64,000 bases of DNA from Octopus sinensis (GCF_006345805.1 NC_043008.1:11470001-11534000); one strand, 5' to 3'; numbered from the stretch's first letter, positions 14,868 to 29,194 are shown. The notes: generated by a model not told the origin, from the letters alone. A program made the numbers and translations.

Positions 14868-14878
14868 TTCTCTCTCTA
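14717..14878. repeat. (CT)n with periodic CGCTTT interruptions
   Basis: About seven (CT)4-7-CGCTT(T) units. Confidence 0.95.
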
Positions 14879-15157
14879 TATATAATTAAGAACTAAGGGT
14901 TGTACAGATAGCACCGCTACGCTAAGAGTAGCTGTCAAATAGTGGTTAGTGAGACTCGCTGATGAGAACTAATTGGGACCTTCACAAAGTTCAAAATCGT
15001 GATGATATGGCTATGTCTGGCTTTTCAATTTTCCTTATTGGAGCGGGGGCTTAGAACTTTTGCTCATTACCCTGACTTCACTTTATGTCAATCAGTGAAA
15101 ATTTGTGGTTGTAGTTGTCTTCTGACTCCTAGTTTTAGAGTACCGCTGCTACAATTA

Positions 15158-15208
<51 letters not shown>

Positions 15209-15606
15209 TTTTATGATGTGTATGCATTGTATACATGTCTAATCAGACACACATACATACTTATGTATGTATGTATATATGTATGTGTGTGTGAATGTGC
15301 AAGTGTTCGTATCAGGAATACCACCACAACGAAATTAATAGCCAATAACTAATACAAAATCCTATAAGGCTAAATTTCTAGTTACCTTTCATAACATGCA
15401 GACTCTTTGATCCTGATCCAATACCGAATTAGAGCATTAAGAAATTTAGCATAAAAATGAGCGACAATGGATAACATCATATGACAACAAGGTCTACATC
15501 AGATAATACAAGAATCGTAACCGGCTAAGACTATGAATAATATCAATATCGATAATTTGACAAACACAAAACCATAACAAAAGCTGAACCAAAAGGTGAA
15601 CCTCAC

Positions 15607-15722
15607 GGGGTCGATAAATTAAGTACCAGTTACGCACTGGGGTCGATCTAATCGACTTAATTTCTTTGTCTGTCCTTGTTTGTCCCCTCTATGTTTAGCC
15701 CCTTGTGGGTAATAAAGAAATA
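15607..15722 (+). mobile_element. SINE family B, 3' half
   Basis: Matches from ggggtcgataaattaag to aaagaaataa. Confidence 0.8.
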
Positions 15723-16489
15723 AGTAACATTCAATCGAACAACGGTCTCCACAATACCCGTAACACGTGGAAAATATACTTGTGATAAAACATAACCCTT
15801 ACAACACATAAGACAACAATTATCTTCCGGAATCAATAACACCGTTACAAAATTTAAATGTATATAGCGATTCTAGACTCATTGATATAATATCTAAAAT
15901 CCATTACGATAAATGAAATAAAATTATAAACAAACGTTAATTTGTGCTTAATAAGTGTAATTTAAATAACAGGCATAAAGTGACATAAACTTCTGCGTAT
16001 TAAAATATATTAATGACTTCTAAATTAAATAAAGTAAACAGGCCATTACACTAGTGTTTTAAGCAATCAACCAATTAAACCGACAATCAACGTAAACAGT
16101 AATAACTAATCATAATTACAAAAGCTAATGTGCTGCTTCTAACATGTACAAAATCACAGAAGAACTACGAAAAATATTTCAAATCCATGAAAATGGCCAA
16201 ATACTCAATTACTGAAAATAATATAGAAGTTTTCCTTCTTGCCACCAAAAAGAAAATGGTGGTTTTTATTAGTGAAAATAATGTTTTAAACGCATATTTA
16301 TGGGATCACAGTTTCTCTAAAAAATCCTCTCGAGTTATAGCATGCTCTGAAAACTAGTATTCATTTCAAATTTTGGAGCAAGGTCAGCTAGTTCGGACAA
16401 GGGATTAAGTCGATTACATCGACCCCAATCCTCACGTGGTTCTTATTTTATCAATCCCGAAGCATGGAAGGCAAAGTCGACGGCCGTAG

Positions 16490-16712
16490 AATATACTGGT
16501 TTCAAATACTGACACATAACCAGCAATGTTGGAAGAGGTGTTAAGTCGATTATTTCGATCTCAAAGCTCAACTGGTACTCATTATTTTGTCGACCCCGAA
16601 AAGATGAAAGGAAAAGTTGACCACGATGTAACTTGAAGTCAGAATGTAAAGACGGACGGAATGCGGCCAAACTTTTTGCCCGGCGGACTAACGATTCTGT
16701 CAGCTCATCGCC
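16490..16712 (-). mobile_element. SINE family B, decayed (additional fragment at 16380-16480)
   Basis: Reverse-complement similarity to family B. Confidence 0.6.
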
Positions 16713-17687
16713 TCAAACCTTATAAATATTAAGAACATACGTCATAATACATACCCGGTTACGTCTGTAGTTTTCAGACGGCTTGCCCTAATTAAATCAC
16801 TGTCACAAAAATTTGGCTTAATTCTTCGCTTCCACGCATTTCCTAAAATTATTTTTTGAGTAGTTACGCAGTGGGAGTAAAACCGGAGCAATCCCGAAGG
16901 GGGTCACAACAACCCCTCACCACCGCTTGACAAATGGTTTTGGTGTATCTACATCCCTGTAGATTCGTGGTTCCGTAAAGAACAACGATAGAATAAGGTA
17001 TCAAGATTAGAAACTAAATGTAATTACTGGTGTTGATTCGTTTGCAATAAATTCTTCAAGGCGACGCCCCAGCATGGCCGCAGTGTACAATTGAAACAAA
17101 GGAAAAGATAAAAGATATAATGTGTATATTATAAATAGCGAAGCAATGATGGCTAATTAATAGTTTAGTTAGTCAGCAAATTCAGTGTTTCGAGAATATT
17201 CGCCAGAGCTTCGTACATGAGAAACATCAAACTAGTCACCTAAGGGAAGAGAGATAAATAGTTAGATTGTGAAAAAAATATGAAGAAAAAAGCTATTTCT
17301 AATAAAATTAAGACACAGCTTTTGGGAGAAAAATAAATTGAAAAGAGTTCAAAAATATAATTATCAAATTTTTATTAAGTACTTCCATGCTTATTTTTAA
17401 AAAGAATATTTCACAAAATTTTTAATGAGATTGACCTGACAGTCTCGAATAATTAGCAATTTAATCAATGATATAAAATAGAGTTGTGAGTAAGAACAGG
17501 ATCTTCTTGATTCTAGTGTTAATATTGTAATGTATAAAAGCAAACAAAGTAATCGCGGTTTAGAGGAAATTAGAAACGCAGCGTGAAACAAGAGACCAAG
17601 GAATTGTCGTCAATGTAGCGGTGTCTATTATAGGAATATGACGTCTGGGTGTCTGTCTGTGTGTCTGTTTCAGTGGCTTTCCGCCAA

Positions 17688-17704
17688 TCTATCTATCTAT
17701 CTAC

Positions 17705-17769
<65 letters not shown>

Positions 17770-17774
17770 CATCC

Positions 17775-17834
<60 letters not shown>

Positions 17835-17839
17835 GTCTG

Positions 17840-17886
<47 letters not shown>

Positions 17887-17938
17887 GTGTATGTATGTAT
17901 GTATGTATGTATGTATGTATGTATGTATATCTATCTAT
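17688..17938. repeat. (ATCT)n followed by (ATGT)n
   Basis: Seen directly in the sequence. Confidence 0.95.
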
Positions 17939-18532
17939 CAATCAGTATGCCTATAGATATATAATATATATATATATAATATATTTATATATATATACAT
18001 ACATACATACACACGTATGTGCGAATATGTATCTTCTAGTGCATCTGAAGCTATACCACAAGAACAAGACAGAAGCAAGCTTTATCGATTTTAATATGTA
18101 AGCTGCCTGAAGCTAGCAACATGAGATAAAATAAGAGATCGATTAATGCTAATAATTTTAGATTTTCTTATTGAATTACATTATTTTAAAACTTGCCTGT
18201 AGTATTCTTTTAAAGAATACCATTGGTAGTATAGAGGCATATTTATTACAACATGCCGAGATATGGAAAATGTCAGAGAAAATATGCTTGCATGTATCAA
18301 CATGTAATATACTTTGAAGGGCACTTGTAATTTTTTTTTTCCTTTCCCTCTTTTTTTTTTTTTTGAAAATGTGACTGAAAAAATATTTCTTAGCAAATAT
18401 GAGGCAGACATTTAGGAAATATATCTGTATTTTGTTATCACATATCTAACATTTCTCTTATAATTTACATATATGGTTGTATACATGAGACAGAAAACCT
18501 ATGTGCAAGCATTTATGGAAACGTGTGACTGT

Positions 18533-18609
<77 letters not shown>

Positions 18610-18611
<2 letters not shown>

Positions 18612-18727
18612 CCTGCTCGCTTAGCCAGATGTGTGGCGTCATTCGAAGGCTAAAACAATGCGAAGCGCATTGTGATCAATGATGTGTAGCAACATCTGAT
18701 GGTCTGGTCGGTCAAGCGATCATGTGA
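18610..18727. mobile_element. Unclassified ~115-bp repeat E between (AT)n tracts
   Basis: A second copy lies at 29085-29200. Confidence 0.65.
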
Positions 18728-18761
18728 TATATATATATATATATATATTGTTATATTATTT

Positions 18762-19110
18762 TACTTGTTTCAGTGATTTGACTGCGGCCATGCCAGAGTA
18801 CCGCCTTTAATAGAACAAATGGACCGCAGGACTTATTCTTTGTACTCATTCTATCGAGTACTTTGGCCAAAACGCTAGGTTATGGGGACGTGAATACACC
18901 AACATCGGTTGACAAGCGATGCTGAGGGACAAAACAGAAACACAAACGCAAACATAGACAGACACTCTACGGGTTTCTTTCAGTTTCCGTCTACCACATC
19001 AATACACAAGTCTAGTCTTCGGTCCGCCCGAAGCTAAATCAGAAGACACTTACCCACAGTACCGTGCAGTGGGACTGAAACCTGAACCGTGTGGTTGGGA
19101 AGCGAGCTCC
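18762..19110 (-). mobile_element. SINE family C variant
   Basis: Reverse-complement similarity. Shares private variants with 12147-12260. Confidence 0.8.
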
Positions 19111-19201
19111 TTAATACACATACATAGACACATACTACATACATACATACATACATACATACATACATACATACATACATACATGCATACATACATACAT
19201 C

Positions 19202-19242
<41 letters not shown>

Positions 19243-19800
19243 ATATTATGTATATGTGACAAAATGTATATATGTCTATGTGTATGTATCTGAATATGTG
19301 TGGATGCATTTGTGTGTATATTTTTATACTCCATGCTTTGGTACGTATATACTTTACGAGATGCACATTTATTTGGGTATAAAATATATGTTATAAATGG
19401 AAGATTCTCAATACATGTGCGCTTAAACGCGCACACACATACGCAAATCTATATATATTGGCATATATTTATGGCCGAATACACACACACAGAAATTATA
19501 TATATATATATATATATGTAAATATTGGCATATATTTATGCACGCATACACACGCACACACATATCTCTTTAAATATATATATTTGTGTCTGTATTTATG
19601 TGTATGTGTATCCAGAATGTTACAAATAAAATTCGTTCTACTAAAGAAGATATATACACAATTAGGAAGAGACATTATAATGAACACACCTGTAACTTCG
19701 TAATTATTTCAGTTGATATCGAATCTACTAGAAACGGGTCTACTTGCTTCGTGTGAGAGATTGGAAGGTATTATATGTTATTCGAAATACCACTAAGCAT

Positions 19801-20006
19801 TACGCCGGGCGAAATGCTTAGCGGTATTTCGTCAGCCGTTACGTTCTGAGTTCAAATTCCGCCGAGGTCGACTTTGCCATTCATCCTTTCTGGGTCTATA
19901 AATTAAGTACCAGTTACGCACTGGAGTCGATGTAATCGACTTAATACCTATGTCTGAGCTTGTTTGTTCCCTCTGTGTTTAGCCCCTTGTGGATAATAAA
20001 GAAATA
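19801..20006 (+). mobile_element. SINE family B, 5'-trimmed
   Basis: Direct similarity to family B. Ends AAAGAAATAG followed by GTA. Confidence 0.85.
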
Positions 20007-20613
20007 GGTAATATATGTTATTCATTAATAGATTTGCAAGATTTCTAAGAAACTCTATTACGATTCGAAAACTTATTCAAGGAAGCTGGTAGTTTATAAA
20101 AATATGTGCCTAATAATTTCGTGTCATACATTCATAATTGTTTCCAAATCCATAGAAGAGTCAACATGAAAATTATGCAAAAATCTTATTTACATCCGAA
20201 TCTAAATATGATACATAGACACTATTATGACAAGTATAAACTATTAAACATGGTAGATAACAATTAACAATACACAAAGTTGACATATAGTTGAAGCTAA
20301 ATATGCAGATTTTCTTCAACAAACAAAGACATTTTCGTAAATTAACGGATTCACAGGGCAGATATGAATATTATACATCTTTCACTCAGACGTCAGTCAC
20401 AGTATAGCGGCTTCCTGCCATTTGGGGAGATTACTAGAAACGAGATGTTATTGGATAATATATAAGAAATGAGAACTGTAATTCACAGGAAGCTACCAAC
20501 TTATTTCAATTATTTGAGTAAATATAACCAAATAAAAATGATTTATTATATATATAGATTATATATATATTATATATATATATATATAATATATATACAT
20601 ATATATATATATA

Positions 20614-20649
<36 letters not shown>

Positions 20650-20683
20650 TATATACATATATATATTATACATACATGCATAC

Positions 20684-20734
<51 letters not shown>

Positions 20735-21217
20735 TATATCTATGCATATATATATAGTTATATTTTCCTTACGAAAGATACAGACTGCATAGAATTGCTC
20801 AAGTCGAGCCTGAGACGTTAGACAATTATAACAAGTGGAATGGAGAATGTTCAAATCAGGTAAACCCCAATGAACACATATGTATTCGGATTTCATTAGA
20901 TAAAAATTGTCTCCAAAAACATATATTGATATATTAAAAATACATATAAAATATAAAGACATGAATATTAAAAATATATATGGACATATAAATATATGAA
21001 TATGCAAATATTGCAAATATGATGAAATATAGGATTATAGATAAAAATGTGGGTTTTACAAAATTATTCATATAGGCATCAAAAAATATTGTACATATTA
21101 GAAGAAAATATTCCTACGGCCGTTCCTACGTCTCCAGCATCAAAGAAGAAGTTATGTTTACAGTAGAAATGCATTCAGTTCATTGGTAAGCTATGAGGTA
21201 AGTAGAAGCTTTTATGG

Positions 21218-21249
<32 letters not shown>

Positions 21250-21399
21250 CTATATATATATATATAGATATATATATATATACATATATGCAAATGGTAG
21301 AAGTCTATATGAGGGCTGATGACGGTAAAAATTACTTTACTTAGTGTCTCTATTAAAATTTATATATATATATTGGCGATGTCGTGCTATAGGCAATAT

Positions 21400-21850
21400 G
21401 GTGTTTTATTAATGATTTCTTAGTACGTTCAATCTCTGGTTTAGATAAGCCATTTACTGCCAAGAGAGTGTCGTTCCTATGGACCCCATCAGATACGTTT
21501 GGAAAACTTTTCTTAATTTGGGAAAGGATATATAGACCCCCAAAGTCTGTCACCTGGGCCGAATCTCACGAACCTATACTGATGTCGAAGTAACTAAGAA
21601 AAAATTTCTATTTATATATTAAACGTCGTTTTTGTTTATCTTTACTTTCCTTTAAATCTCACCTACTGAAGAGTACAAATTCGACCTTTATGATGTTCTC
21701 TTTATGAAAATCTTGGTTCTTTTGTACGAAACAATTGTCTGGTAATATGAAATAAAATGTTAATCCATTTTATCATCAAATCTGCTTCAGTCCATTTATT
21801 TGATGAAATTTATTGAACTTTGTTAAATACATTAAGTCTTACTTTAGTTA
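21400..21850 (-). mobile_element. Penelope-like element reverse transcriptase relic
   Basis: FDISIGS*DSAQVTDFGGLYILSQIKKSFPNVSDGVHRNDTLLAVNGLSKPEIERTKKSLIK matches the FDVTMGSYDGAEV..LVGLYIL...GLYRDDGL...PEIER.KK motif. The catalytic YRDD is mutated. Confidence 0.8.
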
Positions 21851-22105
21851 CGTCTGTTTTAACACCTTGTTAATTAACACACTCACCGGTTCGATTTCCA
21901 TTCAGTTACTTAATTATTTTTTCTAAAAATTCCGTTGCGTCTGGCAAACTTGTCAATAGTCGTCGACTGTTATCAGAGCTGCGTTCCCTTATGTTTGCTC
22001 CTTTGTGCGCATGTGTGCGCGTCAGTGTGCATGTGTATACACACATGTATGTACATATGTATGTATATGTATGTTTGTGTGTATGCATATATGCGTGTCT
22101 ATGTA

Positions 22106-22139
<34 letters not shown>

Positions 22140-22978
22140 GTGTGTGTATGTGTGTGTGTACGTTTGTATGTATATATTCTTCATATTCATATGTTCGTGT
22201 GTTCATGCGTGTGCGTGTTTCTAGTGTGTGTGTGTTTGTATTTGCTTATATTTGTCTGTGTACCTCTGTTTCCTTGAGCGTGTATAAGTGTATGCGCTTC
22301 TGTGACTATTGGTTTCTCACAGCTACAGATCTGTTTTGTACAACATGCAGCCATGTTTAACATGTAATTTGATATGTAAAATTGATATGCGGCAAGTAAA
22401 CTACAACCGCAACACGTTTCAACGTTCATAATGTTACTCTACACTCTTAAAGATGCCCAATTACCTAACTCCAACACTATTTATCTTTTACCAAAGGAAC
22501 AGCGTCATGGCACGTTCTACTTTTGTTACGAAGCCAAGATACTCACATAGCCTTAATATACCAACAATACCCTAAATATTACAAAGTGGAGGCCATTACC
22601 TTTTTAATTTTCTGCATCCTGATACCACGACTCCATATTTGTGAAGGTCTGGGTACGATATTTAAAATCAAACGTAGTACTTTTGACAATACTGTGTTGA
22701 ATCAACGCGGTATAAAATACAGCTGCAACAAAATGAGTTTTGAGTAAAATTCCTTCGTTTGCTTACCTACGCAAGCACGCACACACAGACACAAACACAC
22801 ACACACACATATATATACACACACATATATATATGTATGTATATAAATATATATATTCACACATATATATGCATTTGCATGTATATAAATATGTGTATGT
22901 GTTTATATATGCGTATGTATATAGCTATCGATACATCTGCCGTTTAATCAATTGTCCAATGTACCCATATTCATATGC

Positions 22979-23014
<36 letters not shown>

Positions 23015-23107
23015 GCATATATATACGTGTGTATATATACATACGAATATATATGTATACGTATTGAAAAATATAATCGTGCAAACATATATACATATAC
23101 ACATACA

Positions 23108-23149
<42 letters not shown>

Positions 23150-23724
23150 TGTATGTATGAGTGTGTGTGTATGTGTTCGTAAACTTTTCGGAAATCTGTT
23201 TACGTATATTTACATTTCAATATGTAGGTCTCGATACAATTATTTGTGTTTTCCAATTTTATAGTCCCTTGAATTCTCTCGAGTAGAAACATTCATCTTT
23301 CCTTTTGAATATTACAAATTTATGATTGTATCATCTTCTCCACCGTATGTGTCTGAATGTGTGGATTCAGGCATCGGAAAATCAATATTAAAACGAATAT
23401 TTTACGTGTCATCTTCCGTTCACATGACGGATCACATAGCATAGATATAAAAAAAGAAAACACTACCACCTTAACACCACTCTATCCATCACAACGGCCT
23501 CTATATTGCCTGCCACAGATGCCGAGCTCAATCCCCTCAGGATTCACAGCTACCAGAAACGCCATCAATCAACCCCACTACTCCGATGCTCTCCAAGCCC
23601 GTTACCATTAGTAAGCTCTCCACAAGGAACATTCTTCCACTACAGCAACCAACCAAGATAATTGTTAACCATTGCCACAACTACACCGCAGGCACCACTA
23701 CGAGGTTGGGTGTCCAAACTTCCG

Positions 23725-24063
23725 AGTTCTTTTACCCCAGTTCGTGATTGATACTTATTTAATCGACCCCGAAAGGATGAAAGGCAAAGTCGACCTCGGC
23801 GGAATTTTGAACTCAGAACGTAACCGCAGACGAAATACGGCCACGCATTTCGCCCGGGTTGCTAACGTTTCTTATTTCTTTACTGCCCACACGGGGCTAC
23901 ACACAGAGGGAACAAACAAGGACATACAAAACCATTAAATCGATTGTATCGACTCCAGTGCGTAACTGGTACTTATTTAATAGAGCCCGAAAGGATGAAG
24001 GGCAAAGTCGACCTCGGCGGAATTTGAACTCAGAACGTAACGGCAGGCGAAATACCTATTTCT
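23725..24063 (-). mobile_element. SINE family B dimer
   Basis: Two tandem bodies, with an AG|GT junction remnant at 24055/24056. Confidence 0.85.
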
Positions 24064-25142
24064 ACCCAGAAGGTCTCCAAAGTTTTTTCAGTGGTTTTCA
24101 GCACTGCTTTCATTCGAATCAGTTCCACAATCTCTATCAATATTACTAGCTTTATCCCCAACGTCGTCTTCACCATGCCCGCAGTTAACATCAGCGTACA
24201 TAGCAACGAGAGGAAGAATATTAAAAATTAGCAGAACAGAAAGATTGAGGAGGAATTTAAAGAAATGAAAGTAAAACAGCAACATTAGGATGCGAAGAAT
24301 ATCAAATAAAATAAACGAAAAGAAAAGAAGAAAAAATGATGATGATGATGATGATGATGATGAAATGAAAGAGGAGGACAACATGAAGATGAACCATATT
24401 TTATGTCAGTTTTTATTTGTAATAATGTGTTTCGTTCTGAATGGCACACATGATGGTTCATTGTATATCGGTAAATGTTTCGCTTTCAATCTGTTTGCTA
24501 TCTAACATTACCTGTGGGAAGCGCCAGTTTGAAGGATTAAACTGTATCTTGTTGTTTTTTTTAAAAACTCAATAGAAGTTTTTTTAATAAAATTCATGTT
24601 AAAGGTTTTATTAAGATGTGAAGGTGATTTAGTTGTTTAGTGCCACCATTGGGAATACGAAACAAACATTGAGTGTGGATAGAAGAAAAATATTCATACG
24701 GATGTAAAATAATAAATTCCTGTACATTCACATTTATTGATAGAAAAATCCATACTGAATTAATAATATATATGAAAACACAGTTTTATGGTATAGGAAA
24801 TACTTATATTCAGAAACAGAGTAGGTTAATAATTTCCTTTTTTATATATGTATATTTCTTGCATATTATATTCCCATTTGTTGAAAAGTCCATAAGTGTC
24901 GTTTGTTTACAGTTCAAAAAAAGGGGGAAAAAACACACAAAGTATTTTATCCATTTCTTTGTTACTAAGGGACCTTTCAAAGTGAAAGCAAATGCAATGA
25001 AATGTCACATTGTCAGTTTCGTTTTCATTTATACGGATTTTCGCTTCTAATTTTCAAATCATAACTGAGGTTTTGAACAAAGTTATGCCACTCATTGCTT
25101 CAGAGAGATTCATAAATATATATTATATACTTCATGCATACA

Positions 25143-25195
<53 letters not shown>

Positions 25196-25557
25196 TCAGT
25201 GATATCAGATCTGCATGAATAAAGTAACAAACAAATAAAGTAAGAAACAAATATAGCAGAAAGGAACAGAAAAAAAAATCTGCTTGAAGTTCCAAATCCT
25301 TTGGTAACTCCATCGAATATTATAACAGGAAACACAAGCAAAATTTCAAAAAGTAAATGTGCGGTGGCGTGTGTATAAACGTTCGTAAACGGAAGAAAGA
25401 TTGCTTGTGCAAAGAATGTATACAGCCATGTTGTTTATTAAACAGATGAATAAATTGTAAATACTTTCTATATTCTGTTTCCAAATTCTCGAAAACATGT
25501 AACAGCGGTACGTACAGACACATACGAAGAGGTATCGGAAGAGGCAATGACGTGTAC

Positions 25558-25985
25558 TCGTATGTGTGGTAAGAAGCTTGCTTCCAAACCAAATGGTGTC
25601 GGGTTCAACCCCACTGCGTGTCACTTTCGGCAACTGTCGTCTACTACTGCATCGAACCGTCTAGTAAGTGGATTTGGTTGATGGAAACTGAAAGAAGCCT
25701 GTCGTATATATACATATATATATATGTATATAAAGCAAATTTGCATTTTATTTACATTACACACATACACACACACACCCACACATACACACTCATACAC
25801 ACACATATGTATATTTATGCATGTCTGAGCGTGTTTATGTTTGTTATTGTCCCGCACCATCGCTTGATAACCGATGTTCGTCGTTTACATTCCTGTGAAT
25901 TAGCGTGTCAGCAAAGGATATCAATATAACACTTATCAGGTTTTTAAAAAATGAGTCATGGTGTCGATTTGTTCGACTAGAAAAC
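25558..25985 (+). mobile_element. SINE family C, decayed
   Basis: Direct similarity to family C. Confidence 0.75.
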
Positions 25986-25994
25986 CTTCAGATA

Positions 25995-26025
<31 letters not shown>

Positions 26026-26122
26026 ATATATATATATTAGAGTATATATATATATAATATATATTATATATATATAGACACACACATATATATATATTTA
26101 TGTATATGTATTATATAGATAT

Positions 26123-26225
<103 letters not shown>

Positions 26226-26274
26226 ATGTGGTGTATGTATGTATGTATGTATGTATATATATATACATAACGTA

Positions 26275-26395
26275 ACCATGTGTGAATCGTTGGCGATTTT
26301 ATTCTTCGACTTCTCTTCTTTTAGACTTTCCTGTATTTCTGAAGAAGAGCTTTGCTCAAAACATTAAATCTCTTTATTTCCTCTCCTGAACGTCT
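26275..26395 (+). mobile_element. Decayed copy of the same Penelope-terminus-like repeat
   Basis: CTGAAGA-A-GAGC-TTT-GCTC-AAAACAT at 26339-26364, with CpG decay of CGAAACG. Flanks resemble 57900-58040. Confidence 0.55.
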
Positions 26396-26416
26396 CAGAG
26401 AGAGAGAGAGAGTAAA

Positions 26417-26447
<31 letters not shown>

Positions 26448-26959
26448 ATGAGAGAGAGAGAGTGAGAGAAAGAAATAGATAGCATGAAAAAATACTCTGA
26501 AGATTTGTTTTACAAGATTTTAGAGTCTAGTGAATCCATCCTAAGAAAGATTTTATACAATTTTATGCCAAAAAAAGGTTTTGCTCTTTCGATATAATTG
26601 AAGTAATCACCGGTTTCATATTGCTCATCAAACTGAGGGTTGTAAGAGGGAAATTGCTAGGTTAAAAACATATTGCAAGGGGAGATAATTGTTCACTCAT
26701 ATATTTTGCAGTACAGGGGAGGTTAAAATTAATTTTTATTTTTTAGTTTTTTATGTTCTCTGCGAATCCGGTCTTATTTCAATTGTGTTGAAAGAACAAA
26801 ACCTTATTTTGTACAAAATTGTATATTATCATATCAGCATAGGTCTAATATACTCTTAAATCTTGTACAACAAATCGTACGTGTTTTTCTTTTTTTCATC
26901 TTATCTCTTTCTCTATTTATATCCACCACGTGTATTTCCCGCTGAAATATTTCTACTTT

Positions 26960-27234
<275 letters not shown>

Positions 27235-27240
27235 CCATTA

Positions 27241-27470
27241 GGCGGTTAGCTGGAGGAAACGTTAGCACGCCGGGCGAGATGCTTAGCGGTATTTCGTCTG
27301 TCGTTACGTTCTGAGTTCAAATTCCACCGAGGTCGAATTGCCTTTCATCTTTTCGGGGTCGATAAATAAAGTACCAGTTACGCACTGGGGTTGATGTAAT
27401 CGACTTAATCCCTTTGTCTGTCCTTATTTGTGCCCTCTATGTTTAGCCCCTTGTGGGCAGTAAAGAAATA
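27241..27470 (+). mobile_element. SINE family B, full length, between (AT)n tracts
   Basis: Direct similarity to family B. Confidence 0.85.
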
Positions 27471-27472
27471 TA

Positions 27473-27505
<33 letters not shown>

Positions 27506-27952
27506 GGTATATACGCACTATTACCTATGATTACGGAGATTAGTACATCGGCATCTAGTTTTTATTTATATAAGCAAATATATAGCATCATTGGCTTAAA
27601 TGTGTTCCACGCGCCTTTCTGCTTCATAACTATTTCGTCATTGCATTTACATCGAGGTACTTTCGATTTGTCATGACCAAAAAATATTTATAATCAAGCG
27701 AAGCCAACCCAGGACTTGCCCATCGATGAAAAAACATTATAATTTCTTAAGTACCCTATGGTGCCCTTTTCAGCTGGATGCATTTAGGCATCACCTTAGT
27801 TATAACTGAGTACTCGTACGATATGTATGCATGCATGCATGTATGTATGTATGTATGTATGTATGTATGTATATATATATGTATGGATATATATGGGCCA
27901 ATATTTACTGGAAACAGCACTCGATAATATACGACACTATAGTAAAACTTCA

Positions 27953-28008
<56 letters not shown>

Positions 28009-28009
28009 A

Positions 28010-28040
<31 letters not shown>

Positions 28041-28045
28041 TTATC

Positions 28046-28097
<52 letters not shown>

Positions 28098-28490
28098 TTG
28101 TGCCATGGTGCAGAGTTCTATTGTCAGATATAAGGTCTTCTGGTAGTCACCCTTTTGTCTCAGGTCAGCCCTATCTCCTCCAGGCACTTGATGGAGGCTT
28201 CCGTGTGGGAAGATGGAGGCATAATGTCGCCATCATTAATGATCACTCCAAAGAACAGGAAGTTGAGTGATTGTTCGATTTCTATCACTCTCGGTACACG
28301 TTTTGGTGACACGGCAAACCAACGGTTGTTCTGTTTGTTTACCATCTGATCCTGGTAGAAAATATTCTCGTCTGAGAAAAACCAAAAAATGTTCGGTTGG
28401 AGGGGATGCCGCGGTTTTCTTCTTGTTTTTGATGGCTTGGGATAAAAATCGACCCTTTCTCCATTGTGTGAGGAATACCGAATGAATTCA
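28098..28490 (-). mobile_element. Tc1/mariner (maT/DD37D-like) transposase relic
   Basis: FFSDENIFYQDQMVNKQNNRWFAV...FGVIINDGDIMPP...KCLEEI, followed by YI*Q*NSAPWH (WQQDSAP.H remnant). Confidence 0.85.
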
Positions 28491-28504
28491 TGCACTGCCT
28501 GGTT

Positions 28505-28615
28505 GATACGACACCGTAGGGATGAAAGGCGACCTCGGTAGAATTTGAAATCAAAAAGTAAGGACGGACGAAATGCAGCTAAGAACTTTGCCCGGTGTGC
28601 TAACGATTCTGCCAT
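28505..28615 (-). mobile_element. SINE family B, 5' part
   Basis: Reverse-complement similarity to the family B head. Confidence 0.7.
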
Positions 28616-28992
<377 letters not shown>

Positions 28993-29084
28993 ACACATTG
29001 AGCGAAAAGTTCCTCGAGGCTCCGGCAGGGGTGGTGGCGATCCCTGCTGTACTCTTTCGCCACAACTTTCTCTCACTCTTTCTT

Positions 29085-29194
29085 CTCGCTTACCCAGCGG
29101 AATGGCGTCATTTGAAGGCTAAAACAATGCGAAGCGTATTGTGACCAGCGATGTGTAGCAACATCTGATAGCCTGGTCGGTCACGGTGATCACG

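Noticed and set aside
20778-20859. NipSnap-like reading of VEPETLDNYNK
   Set aside because: The similarity is short and the downstream candidate exon does not fit that family.
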